Positions 10,669 to 25,678 of a stretch of 64,000 bases of DNA are shown here, in pieces (the first letter of the stretch is position 1; the number at the start of each line of letters is the position of its first letter). This stretch comes from Phoronis australis (taxonomy: Eukaryota > Animalia > Phoronida), in NCBI GenBank assembly GCA_002633005.1, contig NMRA01000090.1:633986-697985 (forward strand). Direction: 5' to 3'. Position numbers and translations under genes: made by a program. The notes beneath the pieces were generated by a model. It saw only the letters and a program-made list of their open reading frames with translations. It searched no databases and was not told the DNA's origin.

Positions 10669-13600
10669 CCATAATTGTACATCTTCACCAATGTAAAAAC
10701 TAACAGCACAAATTCTCGCTTACTGATTTCTGATGGGAAATGAGGGCTCGACTAATTTCCGTAAACCTACTGCTTGTTTGTGTCTAATTTTACTCCCCAA
10801 ATGTTTTGCCATTCGATCATACCACCATTAATTCTAGCTCATGTTTGACTCAATACAATTTCCAAATAATTTTTCAAAACACCAACCCTTATTTTAATGA
10901 AAATCAATGAGGATTTAACCCTTAAATTAGGGTCGTTGCATCGGTCTTCAATAATATTTAGAGAGTTTACTCTCAGTGTGTATCAAATCAAAAACAGGCT
11001 TAGTAATGAAAATAAACCAGCACAAGAAAAGATATATCCACTAGTACGGTAGAAATTTTAAGAGATAATTTCATCCAACCTTAGTTTCTGCTTGCAAATC
11101 ACAACATGTGTGTAAACACAATTATTCTCCATAGTTCATTTGATACGTTGACGTAGAAATGTCGCCGCACGAGGTGGAAGATAGTCAGTAGTGGCAGAGC
11201 CTCTCATTTCACGCGTCCCATACAGCCTGCCCGGGGCTGACATGACTTACTTCCCCAGGTTGTAACCGACGTCGCAACACGTACACCGCATTGTCATTAG
11301 TTAGTGTTGCGCACTACTTTTTGGTGCCCCCTTGTCAATGTTCTAGCTTCGCCATATAAATGACTGTGCTGGCCCGCATGCCAGTTAAGTGAATATGGCA
11401 TCGAAAACCATATCACTCATTTTGAATACTTCACTTTATTTATATACACTATACAAATTGACGATATAAAAGAATAAATCTGGAGTTAGCTTTGTACGGA
11501 ATATAATACCCTATTTTTCCATATTAAGAGTATCATAGATATCCGAATTAATTTGAAATAGCTAATCGCGTTGCAAAAAGACTTTGAGGTGGCTGCCGCC
11601 GCCCTAGCTCTTCTAAGACGCCTTAGCTATTAGCAGTGAATACGTAATTGCTAACCAACGCGATCTGGTGTTTAAAACAATGTTAAGCTCATCCGATCTA
11701 GAATGAGGTGGCAACAAAGCTCACTAGCAATGGGTACAGGTGTCATTTTTGGCATTTCATTGTTGGTCAAACCTCTTAAACTCCGACGAGTTTTTGTAGA
11801 TGGCCGATAGTTTCGTTGTTAGTATTGGTAACAGAAATAGATTTCCACAGATTATCAATATAATACCATTGTACTGCTTGCCTTCAGTGTTACTTTCCGA
11901 TGATTGTTTCGTGTCTCGACCATGATGAGTACAAGACAGCCTTGAAATAGGGGTGGTTTCCATTATTTATTCTTATAGTGTTGCTCGCAAAAAGGCACCG
12001 CCGTCCATTCCATTACCAAGTGCTAATTTAAGAATTTGTACAAACTGCGATGTTGGCACGCCATCTTTTTGGTCAGATCACGTTACTTAATGAATATAAA
12101 TCTTGAAAGATTTCTGCCCCAGACCCACGCCTCACTGAAAAAATATTTTTATACACGAACTACGATGGTTTTGCATGTTGGAACACGCGCGCATTCACGC
12201 TTGCGCTGTTGAAATTGTGTTAAAACAACAATGCAAAACAATCGTTTTTGCTGCGCCACCAACGTGTGCAAGCAGTGAATTCATATAACAATATCTAAGC
12301 GTATCACATCATTGCTCGCGTGACGTGACTTGAGAAAATACTTGGCGTAATTCGTAAATGCTAGGGCACCATCTGTTTGGTGTAGCATGACGAGTGTAAT
12401 TTAGGTAATGACGCCATATTTAACTTACAATGTTGCTCAACATGGAAATCGCTTTGATATGTTTGTCCTTCGTTATGACTGGTAAGTACTGCTAAATACT
12501 ACTAATAACCACAACACATAGCCTTCAAGCAAACTCTGAACCTTCAACAGCATTGAAAGTCGTCCAGTTGAAATTACAGGTATGTCATTTAGTGTCAAAG
12601 GGATATGATAGAGACGGCTAAAATCAGCATGACTTGTACTTAGCAGGTCTCAGCGACGGTACTCCTGAGTCCTTATTTGTGTTTGAGCTAAGTATTGGCT
12701 AAGTCTGCCTTCTGCCCTACTGTTACTCTCCTATCGTCACAGGATTATAGACGCCATTCTCCTTTTCGAGAGTTACATAATATGATGTAATGATTGAAAT
12801 ATTTATTGCAAATGCACAGATTTGAAACACCTCCTAGGGATCATTTGAGGCATGCAGAACACACAGGTGGTGTTTCAAATTTAAGTTAGTGCGAACTTCA
12901 TTCAGAACAGAACAGAATGTCACGTGACTGTCGACATGGAGAATGTCGTCGAACTCCCCGTCATTCCGTTGTGATAACAAGCTTAAACCAAAAGGAAGAT
13001 TTAGATTGGAAATCATGACCGTCATATACATGTACGACGTTTGATAACTGCAAGACTGAAGTCATGATTTTATCCGTCTCCTGACCAAAATCGCTTTGCT
13101 CTTATAAATGAAGTTCGCTCATGCGCAGATATGAAATACTTCTGTGGGATAATTTGTGGCTACAAAAAATACCTGAGCATTTCCGGATGTATTTGGGGCT
13201 ACGAAATATCCTGAGGTGTTCCAGACGGTGGAAACATTCAATTGAATGGCATTCGGGTCAAAGTATTAACTTTAAATCCTCAATAAAGCCGCCTCCTATC
13301 ACAGCAAAAGCAAACAAAATATGATTTACACAACTCGTCGTTATGGACTTGGTCTCACATTGTTTCTTAGTCAAATTGAAAGGGATTTCAGAGCTTCAAA
13401 ATAAATGACATTTTGTTATTGTTTAAGGAGAGACTCTTCTGTATATGTTGGCTTGCTACGACGTCTCATTTTATGCGCCGACAATGGCCTCAAGGGATAA
13501 ATAGCTGTCTTTGCAAACCAATAATCACTTCTCATTTAGGTAAGAAACAAATCTAAATCAAAAGTTCTTTAGAGGGAACGCAAACTTTTCAAAGCCGCAT

Positions 13601-14195
13601 TCAAGACTTGTTTTCTGGCTCATGTCAAAATCTTTACTTGGTATCGACGGTCCTTTATCGCCAATGGTCAGGGCTGGTGCATTGAGGATGACAAGGAAGT
13701 CTGTTTGGTATGGTTAGACATACAGTACACGTATGATGCCCTCACTAGATGGATAAATTGTTCACCATGCAAAATCACCCATTGGTGGCAACTGTTTCTT
13801 TGAAGTACTACAGTTTTTGTTCTACTTGATTTGTCGGTCTAAAAATTCGCCTATCCCGGATCTAAGAATCGAAACCGGAGTCTCTCCCGAAGACAAAGAC
13901 GTCACCTAGCTACAGAGACCCATTTGGGAAACACCGTGTCCTCAAAAAAATCCCTCACAGGTGTTTCACAAATGAGCATGTTGTACCATCTACAAGCACA
14001 GCAAGTGTTAGAATGATTCTCAAAATAAAGAATGTCGCCTACTGTATACCCATGTGATGACATATATTTAATGAAGAGTTAAAGTTACAGCATGTAGGAC
14101 CTTATCGTACTGAGTAAAACATCTAAAAAACTATACTATACTATGTAAAATTAGATTTTTCATTTCTTGCGTATCTGTTATTAATTGAGTCACAA

Positions 14196-14400
14196 GGAGA
14201 CAGTGTGGTTTGAGCTCCGGACTCCTGTTTGGGAGACCATGGTTCGAATCCTGGCTTCACTGGCTGACAATCGAGCATGACACAAATGTGTCTTCTACTC
14301 CTCTGACCTCGGTCTTACCAGTGAATGTTTGCAAGCTAGGGAGTGAATGAGGACATCGATGTAATGCGAAAACGATTTCTGGGGCTGTTCTCGTATATAT
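14196..14400 (+). mobile_element. Probable tRNA-derived SINE (second family)
   Basis: ggagacagtgtggtt..ggactcctgtttgggagaccatGGTTCGAATCCtggc gives a B-box and a tRNA-like head without a proper cloverleaf. The 3' end is approximate. Confidence 0.5.
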
Positions 14401-15080
14401 TTATGCTGCCATCTGCCTATTTTAAGAATTGTTACACGTAACTATATGTTTTAGTGAAAAAAGAAAAAGTATTCTGATAGCAAAGGGACAGTATCAATAA
14501 CGTGATCAAATTTTATTTGATATAAATGTTCAAGGTGAGATATTGAAAACGCTATTACAGTTACCCAAAATGTCATTTCGTTTTAAATTTATGCAAATTT
14601 TAAAGATTTTTCATTAAAGTCATATTTTTGATAGCCCCTGTTGCAAAACTGAAACACTTTAGAGAGCAATGCATAATGCATGTAGTGTCTGAAATTGCAT
14701 GTGGGTCCAGCCAAGACATTTCTGAGATATAGTGTTCCGAAGTCAGCTAATATTGGCCATTTCTGTAGGGTCCTACATAACCTTACCGCGATAATAGTAT
14801 ATAAGGAAGCAGGTTAAGAACTATAGTCCCGTTTAGACATGGCCCGGCGCAACTGACACGGAGCAAATTGATTGGTGTCAAGCGGCCATTTACACACACA
14901 CAACTCACCAACTGTGGCAAGAGGTACAATGTAAGTTGTAGGCTGGACAGTGGAACGCACATGCCCAGGTTTATAGATGGCGGGAGTTGCAGAGGCAGTG
15001 AACCCTTATGTAAGTCATTGCACAAAGGCAGCAGCGATGATCCTTTCCGCCTTGCCCCAGTTTCGTTTTATACATATAAT

Positions 15081-15218
15081 TGACACGGAGCAAGATGATC
15101 GTGAGCAAATTGCTCTACCTCACAAGCGGGTGGCAAAAGTTGTTACCGCAGGGTCACTTTGCTCCAGATCAGTCTTGTTTACACACATACTTGCGCTAGA
15201 ACATCTCGTTCCGTGTCA
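15081..15218. mobile_element. Small MITE-like element with 17-bp terminal inverted repeats
   Basis: tgacacggagcaagatg (15081) and catctcgttccgtgtca (15202-15218) match at 15/17. A third copy of the motif is at 14854. Confidence 0.5.
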
Positions 15219-15994
15219 GCTGATCGGCGTCAACTTTTGTAGGGAAAAGACACTTAAGATCGACGTCACGTACTATTTCCTCTCTTCACCAAATTCCTTT
15301 TGTTGTTGATTAAAATTCACAAGTGACGGGCAGTCTTGAAACACGAATGCTTTCCATTATTTATTCGTATAATTTTTCTCGCAATAAGGATTCCGCCTTC
15401 CACCATATTGTGATGTAAGGCAGAGCCTTGGGGGGGGGGAGCGAACACATAGAAATATCTAGAGAAAACCAACAATTTACAATTATGGCTTGGCGCTTCA
15501 GAATCGTTCATCCAGGATTCCATATACTTGTAGCTTTATCGGAAGGGACACAGTGGCCCTACACTCTATTAATTGTTTACGAAAGTAACTTAACAACCTT
15601 TTTTGCATAGACCTTCATCCCCTAACAATCGACACCGAGTGTGTGATTGGTCTCTCATGGGAGGTCGTTGGCAATGGTCCGCCGATCATTTATGTGCCTC
15701 TTTCACGTGAAGTCCAGCGCCAATGTAGCCCAATTGGCGACAGTTCAAGTAGCAGCCACCACTGTGGGCGCACTTCATTGACTAAATGACTAATGAGAGA
15801 TGTGATACATAATTGGCATATAAGAAATGATAGCAAACAATGGATACTTGGATCACCTAACAATGGGAAAGACCTTATCGCATTTTAGCAATGATCTGAT
15901 ATCTGGAATGTTACTGATTAAGATAAAAGCGTAGTGGGCTTATCTCTTCACCCCATATAGGGACCCCGCCTGACTGCAACCGAAGAGCAAAGCT

Positions 15995-16172
<178 letters not shown>

Positions 16173-19100
16173 TTTTATTTTATATTATATTTTGTTATTA
16201 TAACTTTTGAGGCCCGAAAAAATATTTATGTCACTTGAAAATTCCAATAAAACAAGCTAAACATAATGTTTGTAATTTATTAACGGTATGACATTATGTT
16301 ATCATGCTATTAAAAGCATGATATCACATGGTTAAAAGATGCCTGCAATGACATGTCACGACCTTGGAACAAAGGCGATGTTGGTGTTCTTAGTTTTGGC
16401 CTAGTAATTAATATACAACGAATTACTGATAAACGCCAAACCATCTGATTAAAAATATTTACGGTTTGCTAATAATTCTACGTACTTTACATAAACAAGT
16501 TCGCAGTTGCCGAATAAATTTTTACCAATGGGTCGAGCATAACCATTACGAGCGCCCTTTCTAGACGTGCAGTCGTCCAGATGTGTGATGCAGTTGTAGT
16601 TCAGTTACGATCGCGCTCAATGATTGACGTTGTCGGCTGTCGTCTTGTAGGACTACCAGTTCCCCGCCTTCCAGGATTTTTCATCTACGCTATCGATGGA
16701 TTAATGGTGGTGGAAAAATAATTTTAGTATTGTTTTTTGGGTCAACTGTAACCATCAGACGAGCTCTCCCCCGGTTTTACCGTGTTTCCTGAGACGGCAC
16801 GCTACATGTACAACGTGTCTCGCTTTCCTCAACCACAGGTAGGCCTAGAATTTAGGATCGTCGCGAGGGGATCAGAGTAATAAGGCCTACCTGTAGTTTC
16901 TCTGAAGTTGAGCCAACAGTTATGTAACTCCCCAGCTATTACGGAATGCATAGTTACCTAGACATCACTTCCAATCGGCTCAAAGAGCACTTGAATCACT
17001 TTCATGTGTTTGCACTAAGAGCGAGTTTGTAGACATAACTGGGTTTATTAGATGATATCAGACAAAAATCACTTTTGTGAACGACATTTGTTTTTAGGTG
17101 CTATGACATTTACTACGCAGCATGCGCCTGTCGATACGCTTGACGTCAAAGGTAGGCTTCCGTTTATTATTTACCGCTTTTAAGATGTCATTCGACATGA
17201 GCTTGATGCGGACATTTTGCTTGTACCGAAAGAGTGTGTTAAAATTGTTTGAAGTCTAACTGAAATAAACTGAAAGTTGGTACTATTACATTTGAATATC
17301 AAAAACGTATTGACACCTCAAAAGACATGTCTTTCGAAAAATAAAATGGTACAACCCAAAACACTTTTCATCGAAGAACACTCGATATATTTTCGAATTG
17401 GTTACATCGCTCGATAAGCTTCGACATTTACCAGGAAACATTTTGGCTAATTCCAAAAAACCATAAGTAAATGAAGCGCCGAGCATGGCGCAGTTCTTAT
17501 GTGTTTTTGTACTTTCAGTGTTAAAATTCCTCTGAAATACTGTTAAATAACAGTCAGATCGATAGCAGTGTTTCTGTTGTAGATGTGAAAAACACTTACT
17601 TAAAGACAAACCTATTCTACAGAGTGTTTCTGTTCTTGTATCAGATGAGTGTGCCACTCAAATGAAATCGTTCGAAGGACAATATTGGGACGATTAGCTC
17701 TACAAGTTGACATTATACGCAGCAGCTAAACCACGACGAGTGGAGATTGGATCTGACTATTATAGGCTCGTCGATGTGTTCAACTCAGAGCCCACGGGAA
17801 TGTACAGTAAGTAGGAGTCTTACTGGTAACAACGGATTCGCGCAGGGGACTTACTTCAGCGGGGCCACAGCCTTGAAAATCTTGAAATGTTTGACTCGAT
17901 TCTCTGCAACGGTATGCCAAAACCGCAAATAAGATGCAATTTCATCATCGACACTTTTCAAATCAGGTCGTAAAGGGGTCTATGAGACAGTGACTCCGTC
18001 ACCTTTTACCTTCTTACCTCCATTGTACATTCTGTATTCCGCGACCTGCCACACGATTTGTAGGTTTTCATAAGCCTGGTTTGTGACATTCTCCTTCAAT
18101 GTGAAAAAGTCTTGTACGTCGCTGTGTTACTTGATGACCGAAAAGTGTTTTACTGCAACAAATTTACCCTAACGTATTATGCGTTTTAGTCGTCATTGAC
18201 AGCAAGGCACCTAGACTTTATCGATATTAATGTACACGGGATGAAATCATACGAAACCAACCGGCTTATATTGTATTGTTTAGTGCAAAATGAGGTCAAA
18301 ATCATTTTCACTAGCAAATATTAACAATGTGTGAGAATTTAATTTTTTGATGGTTCAAATGTAAACCATTCTCTTTAAAACGCCTAATTAAAAATTGTCA
18401 AGAATATGTTTGCAGGAAGATACTTTCCAATTGATTTGTACTTTGAAAAGAGTTTTGTGATCCAGCCGCTCGCTTGCACGGACGACGAGGAGCCTTGAAT
18501 AAGGTTGGAGCTATATTGTTGTTATTATTACAGGCTCTGGATCGACTGCATTGAAATTCTTCAAAATCCGCTGTTATAACCAAGACGTAGAAGCGTTTAT
18601 TAAAATGAAGACGTCCTCTAGTTTGCAGTAAGTTTGAGATGCACTACGCCATGCTGGTCCTGATACCCGTTATCATACAATACTTCACCAAGGGATAACG
18701 GGTCGACAAAATCACCCGCTTGCTGTGCCAGAGCATGTGGTGGGCTTAGAGGTCGCTCGTGAAACACCGTTTCGTTTAACTGGTACAAACACTTGCATAA
18801 AATTATTTAAAATTTTTAAGAATTTCTCTCAATTTTGAGAGTTGCAGACGATTATATTTTTAAATAGAGCCGGATGAGAAAATCACTGTTGATTTTGGTG
18901 TATGTAGCTTAAAACCTGCTTCAGTATACTTTAAACATGCTTGTTACATACTTCTCCTGGTGATGAGGGTTAAAAGCCGTTATTCTGTTTCAAAGGTAAA
19001 AGCAATCTTTTGTGAGCTTAAAATGTCTCCCATGTTGTACTTTCTGTGTATTTAATGGTCACACCAACATCGCCACCACATATGTCGGTGGTGTTGTCTA

Positions 19101-21940
19101 ATTTACGTCAGTGGTGAAGGATGTTGGTAGCCACAACAGTCACTGTTTTTATGATTACGTATGGAAACCCAACCCTTGCTTGCATCAGATAATCACGTTT
19201 TTGCTTTCTTTTTGTAGGGTGGTAGTAAAATTTTGCTGAAACTCAGCTTACGGAATGAACATTCCATATTCAATTGCATGTCGAAAAGTAATGTCCGTGA
19301 ATGTAATCTCACCGAAATGGAGATCTCCTGAAAACAAGAGCTTGCAAACTGAATGGCTGTGTGTTCCAACAAAACTAATTGTACTGTCACTACACACTGA
19401 ATGAACTTGACATCCTCATTTCTTTTCCCAACTTATTTCGAGTCGCAATTCTATCATATCTACGCAACGTAGGACAGCCTTTATTGTATAAATCATGTAA
19501 ACTCAACGTACTTGTGTCTGTTAAAATGATCCGCAAGTTTACACGAATTGCATTTCTTTCTAAAGAAGCAGTGGCCTACAGCAGACGTATAGATGCCTTG
19601 TCCTAACGAAGTATGAAGATGGTATCACAGGTTTCTACAGAGATATCGTGTCGGGTAATTTCTTTAAATGGCTTATTTTCAAAACCAAAATGTTCTGCGA
19701 AACACAATGCCCAGTACATGATGACATATTCATATGCCGTCCGACCAGAAGGCATAGGAATTTCAAATGTGAACGCTCGTCAGACGTCTGGTCTGCATTC
19801 ACAGTAATTTAGCCACACCCTCAATACCCTGACGTACCTGTGGTTAGGCCTTGTTGCCCATCGTGATTGCACTTGGTGCGCCAAAACGTTATCATTTTTT
19901 GCACAATAATGTTCGTAAGACAACTCGTAGGATGCCGTTGTAAACGAAGCTTTGTTTTAAGTGACAGATCTGCCTGCTGATGAAGCGTCACGCCTGGCTT
20001 CTTTTCACATCCGATGTCGCTTAATATGTTGTACTTCACAGTCACAGGCCTGGGACAAAATATATATCAGAATTATTAGGCCTAATCGTTCAACTGGATG
20101 TCTTTATAGATATAGTACATTTCCACGAGTTAGTGAGTTGTGCTTGCTGTACACGCATCTTAACGTTTAATGTATTGCTGCACTCGAAACACTTTGTCAC
20201 CCGGGCGACAATATATGCTGATCGAATGCAACATATGCCTTCGACATTGACACGTCTGTGAACAATATATGTCAGGTGTGACAATATGTGCAGTGACCAC
20301 AGGCATTTCAACAGCATTCCAACAAACTAATAACAAGGCATATTGGTTGCTCTCATTATTCTTGATTACTAATGATGGAAATGTGCGGATGGTTCAGATG
20401 GTGAATTATACTCACCTTAACTGCTCATTTCAGATAAGCCAGTAGACGGTCTCACTCTCAACACGCGCTGTAAGGATATCTCGTCCGATTTCGAAAGCGG
20501 AAGTGGCCACTTCCACTTGTATAACCGTACGCTCATGCTTTGTAATGAATACGTGTAGAACAAACGTTAAATCGACTGTCAAAGATTGAACAACTTTTAA
20601 ATTAACACGCAATTTTAATGCTCGATTGTTTTAACCTGATGATTACACAATTTGTATTTTAAAAACAACATTGAATGTATATTAACATCGATCAGCGATA
20701 TCCGAAACACAATAATCTACAAATAGGCTTAAACTAAACATATTTTCTACTAATGACGAGTTTTCGATCAACATCATTCCATCCTACTTATCAAACGAAA
20801 ACAACCTGTTCATTCACAAAATACATGTAACTTTCGAGTTATTCTGGAAACATAGTGGAAGTTAGTTAACGGCAGCTTATATGGACAAAAATGATCGATA
20901 TTCATGACACTAGGATCCTTCAGTTGCACATAGACTGTCGAATTATAAATTCTACGAACTTGGTTGAAGGCCGGTGTTGTATGTGCAAGTTCTTCCAGAA
21001 ATTTTTATGAGACAATAAACCTGCGCTCAGTCGAAAAAGCGTACATTTTGATTGAGAGCCCTGCCGCTATTCCAAAGCAACACGGAGGGTTGATACGAGC
21101 CCACCGTGTACACAGGGAGCTGATCAGTATTCTAAACATTCCCACTAAAGGTAACAATACTAGTAAACTCTAGGGGTATCAAAGCAATCCATCATTGTTG
21201 TCTGCAACAGGAACACACCTTCAACTGTTCGTCATGATTCTTTAAGCAGTTCGGAGGATGGAAAAGCGGTCTGAAACAACAGATCACCAAGGCGAGATCG
21301 TATTCGTCTGAAACGATGCTGCCTCTACGCGATAGCTAGTTCTTTATCATATTTCATGATTTTACATCAAGGAATTTGCCAGCTATCAAAGCAAACGCAA
21401 AGAAAACTAAATTTACTACAGACACCAAACTCCATGAAGATCAATCGAGGAACTTGGTAGATATTGAGTCATAGCCAAAACAAGCAAAGTTGCCTCTGCT
21501 GGGGTCGACAGCATTCAGACTCATTCTGAAAATCACCCTTAGTCATCCTCCGCCCAGTACAAACACATGTGTCAATTGTAACGATGAACCTAAGAGTTCT
21601 TTGGCCGATAAATAACCGGACGTCAAACTAAAATACTTGAAAACAATAATAATGACCATTAGGTGGCGTGCAGTACGTTGAATCCTTCTGAAAATCGGAA
21701 AGCGCGATCGCCTCTTTATAATATCAACCCATTTACCGAGTTTCACGAAAAATCCGTCAAGATTCTAGGGGGGCACAGCAGTATTTGCGTCCATCCAAAA
21801 TTCTTGTCATCCGTTTTCATGTTCACAAAAATATATACACATTCCCAAAGCTCCTGCAAAAGGTTTAGTAGATGCAGACGCGGTTGCAAACAAGCAAAAC
21901 TGATAGTAGGGGCGCCACACTTGTCGTAGCCCTTCAAAAT

Positions 21941-22218
21941 TAAGAGTTAGCCATCTTCTCCTCAGCAGGTTCACATGTCAATTTTCAAGATTCTTTGAGC
22001 GGTTTGCCAATTAGTTTTTTCTCAAGACCATGATTGTTTACTAAAATGATACGCGCTTAGGTGTAGTCTTGTAGAGATTGGTCTCGAATAATAATGAATT
22101 TTATTTTTTTTTCCAAGCCCAGAAGCGACATCTAGTTTCATTAACATAAAATTTGAGCGCAATTTCATATCGGAAACTGGTTGTTTTTGTGAGAGAAGCG
22201 GGTTTATAGCCGCTTTAG
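21941..22218 (+). mobile_element. Non-autonomous DNA-transposon-like repeat, same family as 7600-7821
   Basis: Shared sequence blocks with 7600-7821. Begins at ttaagagttagc and ends gccgctttag. Confidence 0.5.
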
Positions 22219-22595
22219 TTCAATTTTGGAAAATTGTAATCCGTGTAGAGATAAGTTCCTGGCACACGTTAGTTGTTCAAACCAGAAACTGTTAATTGAA
22301 GTAGGCAGATACTTACATGTACATGTACATATTGACAGGGTAGACAGAGTTTGGCACTTCTGTCCTAATATTAATGAAGATGAATAAAATTATCTTTTTC
22401 ATTGTAATACAACCACTGGTCTTCGATGAAAACTTCATTGACGAACCGTTTATTACTGCAAGCACCCTTGCATCAATAAATCCATTAAACTGAAGTCAAA
22501 AAAATGAGTCTCCTAGCTTTGGGAGGTTTTTTGACACGCTTAAACATTTAAATGTTGGATTTTATACGGTTTGACTAACTTTTATTACAGACATG

Positions 22596-22848
22596 CATGC
22601 GCGCACTCAGGGGGAGCTCGGGAGGCTCAAACAAGCCCCCCCCCATTTGGCAAAGTGGGCAAAAAAGGTCAGCCCCTGCGAGACAAAAAGTCCGAGAAAA
22701 TGGGTTAAAAGTGCACTAAATAATCGCAAACGTGCACTTCACAGTGGGGCTCCCGTTTTTTTTTGTTAGTCCGCCCGCTGTTTTGTTAGCAAAAGGTCCA
22801 CGACGTCAAGAATTCGAGACCCCGTATTGAAGGCTGGGTGCGCGCATT
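22596..22848. mobile_element. MITE with catgcgcgcac..gtgcgcgcat termini
   Basis: Terminal inverted repeats with G/C runs inside. The 3' part aattcgagacccc..tgggtgcg is shared with 55594-55793. Confidence 0.65.
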
Positions 22849-24719
22849 AAACGAAATTGATTGGTCAACTGATTTATTTCTTGAAATGAAAGCCACCATA
22901 ATCTATCAGTAAACGCCACAGCAGGACAGGCTGGTCACCTGCAAGACTTCATTCGATTCACAGGTAAATCTGTGTAGTCAGAGAAGTGACAGAGTCGTAT
23001 GCCCTAGGAGTCCTGGTCAACATCCTGTCCTAAGCATTATTTATAAGGCATGTCTTTTTCTTTTAGAACTCGGCACGACATTAAGCACAGAGCATTTAGT
23101 AAGAATAGCCTTCTGGACACGTTTGGCAACTGATATTATTCCCACTGGATAAAGGGGTTTAATTGTTTGTCTCTTTCAGTTATGTTTGATAACGGAAATA
23201 ACATCTGTCTGGTTATGGCATGTTTAACAACTGACGTGATATTGTCTGCCTGTTTAGCAAGTGTTAACTGCAATGTACAGGCGGGGATTATTTAACAATA
23301 CATATACCGACCTTATGACAACCTGTTTAAATTGTCGATGTAAGTTATTTGCATAGGTTATCTTTGGCAGGAGGTAGATATTTCGATTCAAAACAAAGAT
23401 ACCTCCTTGGGGACTCTGATGCGATTCCGAACATCCGCAGTAAGTATAAAGGGATGGAATGTGGCAATGATGCGGTGTACCTATGTATTTTAAAATTAAC
23501 ATATGCCGAGTTTACGTTCACAACTTATTTAACAGCAAAATTGGTGTCTTAGAAAACTGACCATTCTTTTGCAAACGATGATAACAAATCTAAGAAAGAC
23601 GAAAATAACTAGATTCAAATTCCAGTGATGTTTGAAGCTACTGATGTAACAGACCGTTTATATCGTTTGCTTTCGCTTTATAGTGGAAACGAACTTATGG
23701 TAGCTCAAAGGCTCATGACAAATGTGAGCATGCTTATACAATGTTCCGTCATGACATCATTAAATTTAATGTTCTTCTTTATTGCTGACTGTTTGGCAGT
23801 TTATCTCCGTGTTGTCAACATCCGCACGGTAGCAGAAATTACAGTGCCGTATATTCCCTTGGTCTTCGACACACTTGCCAATGTAACATAGTGCAATTTT
23901 ATTCGCTAGAGGGCTGCGCTGAGTCCCTAAAAACAATCCAAGGCAAATATTCCGTGTGTTCAAAAGGTCAGCTTGCGCATGGTTGGGCAAGACGAGTTCC
24001 CAAGCGGGTCATCTTTGAAACCAATTACTTCTTGGTCTTAGGGACGTTTGACCGTCATGCACTGGGCCCGGGTCTATTCAGTAATTTGACTTTCTCATTC
24101 AGTGGCAGATCCACGTTTTCAGGTTGGGAGGGGTTACCCCCTCCCGTTTAAGATAATTTTTTTATTTTTCTAGCCAAACAGTGAAATTTCCATGCATCCT
24201 GGTACGTTTCTGGCACTTAACATGAGTTTTTCTTAAGATAATTAAAAGTCCTTCTCGATTTCGTCACATGAACTTGGCTCATAAGTTTCGTGAAACCATA
24301 TTTGTGCACATCTGAGTATGAGTCACACCACCAGCAAAATTTTTTGTTGGAGTATCAGCATACACGCACCTTTTTAGCATACGAAAAAGTGTGATTTGTG
24401 CACAGGGGTTTAGACAACTACCAAATTACCAAATATTCAAGAGCATAAGGAGCACCGTCGGGGCGTAAAAACTTGAATATCAGATGATCGCAACAGCCTC
24501 AAGCTGTCTAAGAACGAAGACCTGTACTGTTAGTCCGGAAATAAACATGTGTTCTGTCTCGTTACGAGAAAAACTGGCGAACAATGGTGCTCTCAGCTCA
24601 TAGTCTACTATTAAAAGCGACAAAAACGATTAAGTATCACTTTATTAAGCTGAATCACGTTGACAACAATTGAAAAACGTCAAATGTATCAGGAAACAAA
24701 TCATCTGAAAACAGTTTCA

Positions 24720-25015
24720 CCGTGATGAAAAGATACACAGGAGCAGTTCGCAGAGGGACCAGATGTACACTGAGAGTACACAAAAACTCTGGCCTGGTCC
24801 GTCACGAGACCAAAAGTACACCTCTGGTTGTTATCCCTATAAAATAGTCGATCTGTCGCGGGACCAAACAGTACTGGCTGAGATAAATAGTTTTACAAAG
24901 CACACTTTGGTAAAAAAACATCACAAGTCTAGTTCGCCGAGGGACCAGAAGTACACTGAAACTCGATATCTACACAAATCAAGCTGGCCTGGTCCGTCGC
25001 GAGACCTAAAGCGTA
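24720..25015. repeat. Degenerate minisatellite (core cg(c/a)g(a/g)gacca.a.gtacact; ctggcctggtccgtc)
   Basis: The core recurs about 5-6 times at irregular spacing. Confidence 0.65.
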
Positions 25016-25363
25016 TTTTGCAAAAAATTTTGAATTGCAAACTTCTCTCTAGACACTTTTTAATCCCCAGTGGATGCTCATACGTGTAGTTCATACATCT
25101 TGTGGTCAACTGCTGCGAGAGGNTACATGTACATGTACACTGTATGATATCGAGCAAAGGAAACTTTACTATGCATCAGTCAAATTCGAGTTACAAACGT
25201 GTGGGGTGTGACATTGCATGACAGATGAGGTAAAAAAGGTTGCACGTCAATTCGCCTGAATATCAGGATTGCGGCACCACAGTGTTTCCCCTAATCAAAT
25301 CAAAACATATCTTAGAGTAAAGAAACTAGTTACCTAAAGAAATCAGCTATAGAGCTGCTCTTT

Positions 25364-25678
25364 CAGCGGTGGATCCATCTAAAATGCTTGGCTACTTCAG
25401 AAGTGTCGTCGGAAGCGCGCGCACAGTTGATCTCCGGGGTTGTGCCGACGAGCCACGAAGACCCGAAACGCGTTGATTTTCATAACAGCAATTCACAATG
25501 CAAAAAAATATTTTTAGATTGAACCCCCCCTCGTTTTTTTCCAAGTTGGTTTACTGGGGGTTTACACACGCTGGCGGTGCCGTTTTTGTTTTGCTGGAGA
25601 AGTTTTTTTTTCTAATTTTTGGGTCCTGGCCCGAGGGGGGGTTTAAACTCCCTGAACCCCCCCGTAGATCCGCCACTG
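25364..25678. mobile_element. MITE with CAG(C/T)GG(T/C)GGATC..GATCCGCCACTG termini (hAT-like)
   Basis: cagcggtggatc at 25364 and gatccgccactg ending 25678, with ggggggg..cccccc subterminal runs. It spans no N. Confidence 0.65.

Larger units (their letters stand above)
17098..23891 (+). pseudogene. Candidate multi-exon gene or pseudogene of unknown function with one in-frame TAG
   Basis: Phase-compatible GT-AG exons: 17098-17151, 17645-17806 (TAG at 17695), 18534-18627, 19566-19621, 20434-20469, 22910-22963, 23371-23439 and 23800-23891 (stop). Several have strong gtaag donors. A signal-peptide-like exon at 12430-12481 (MLLNMEIALICLSFVMT G|gtaagt) may be the start. No family recognised. Confidence 0.33.

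Noticed and set aside
24720-25015. CRISPR-like array or coding repeat (ORF 24763-25089)
   Set aside because: Irregular degenerate minisatellite; the ORF is a by-product.
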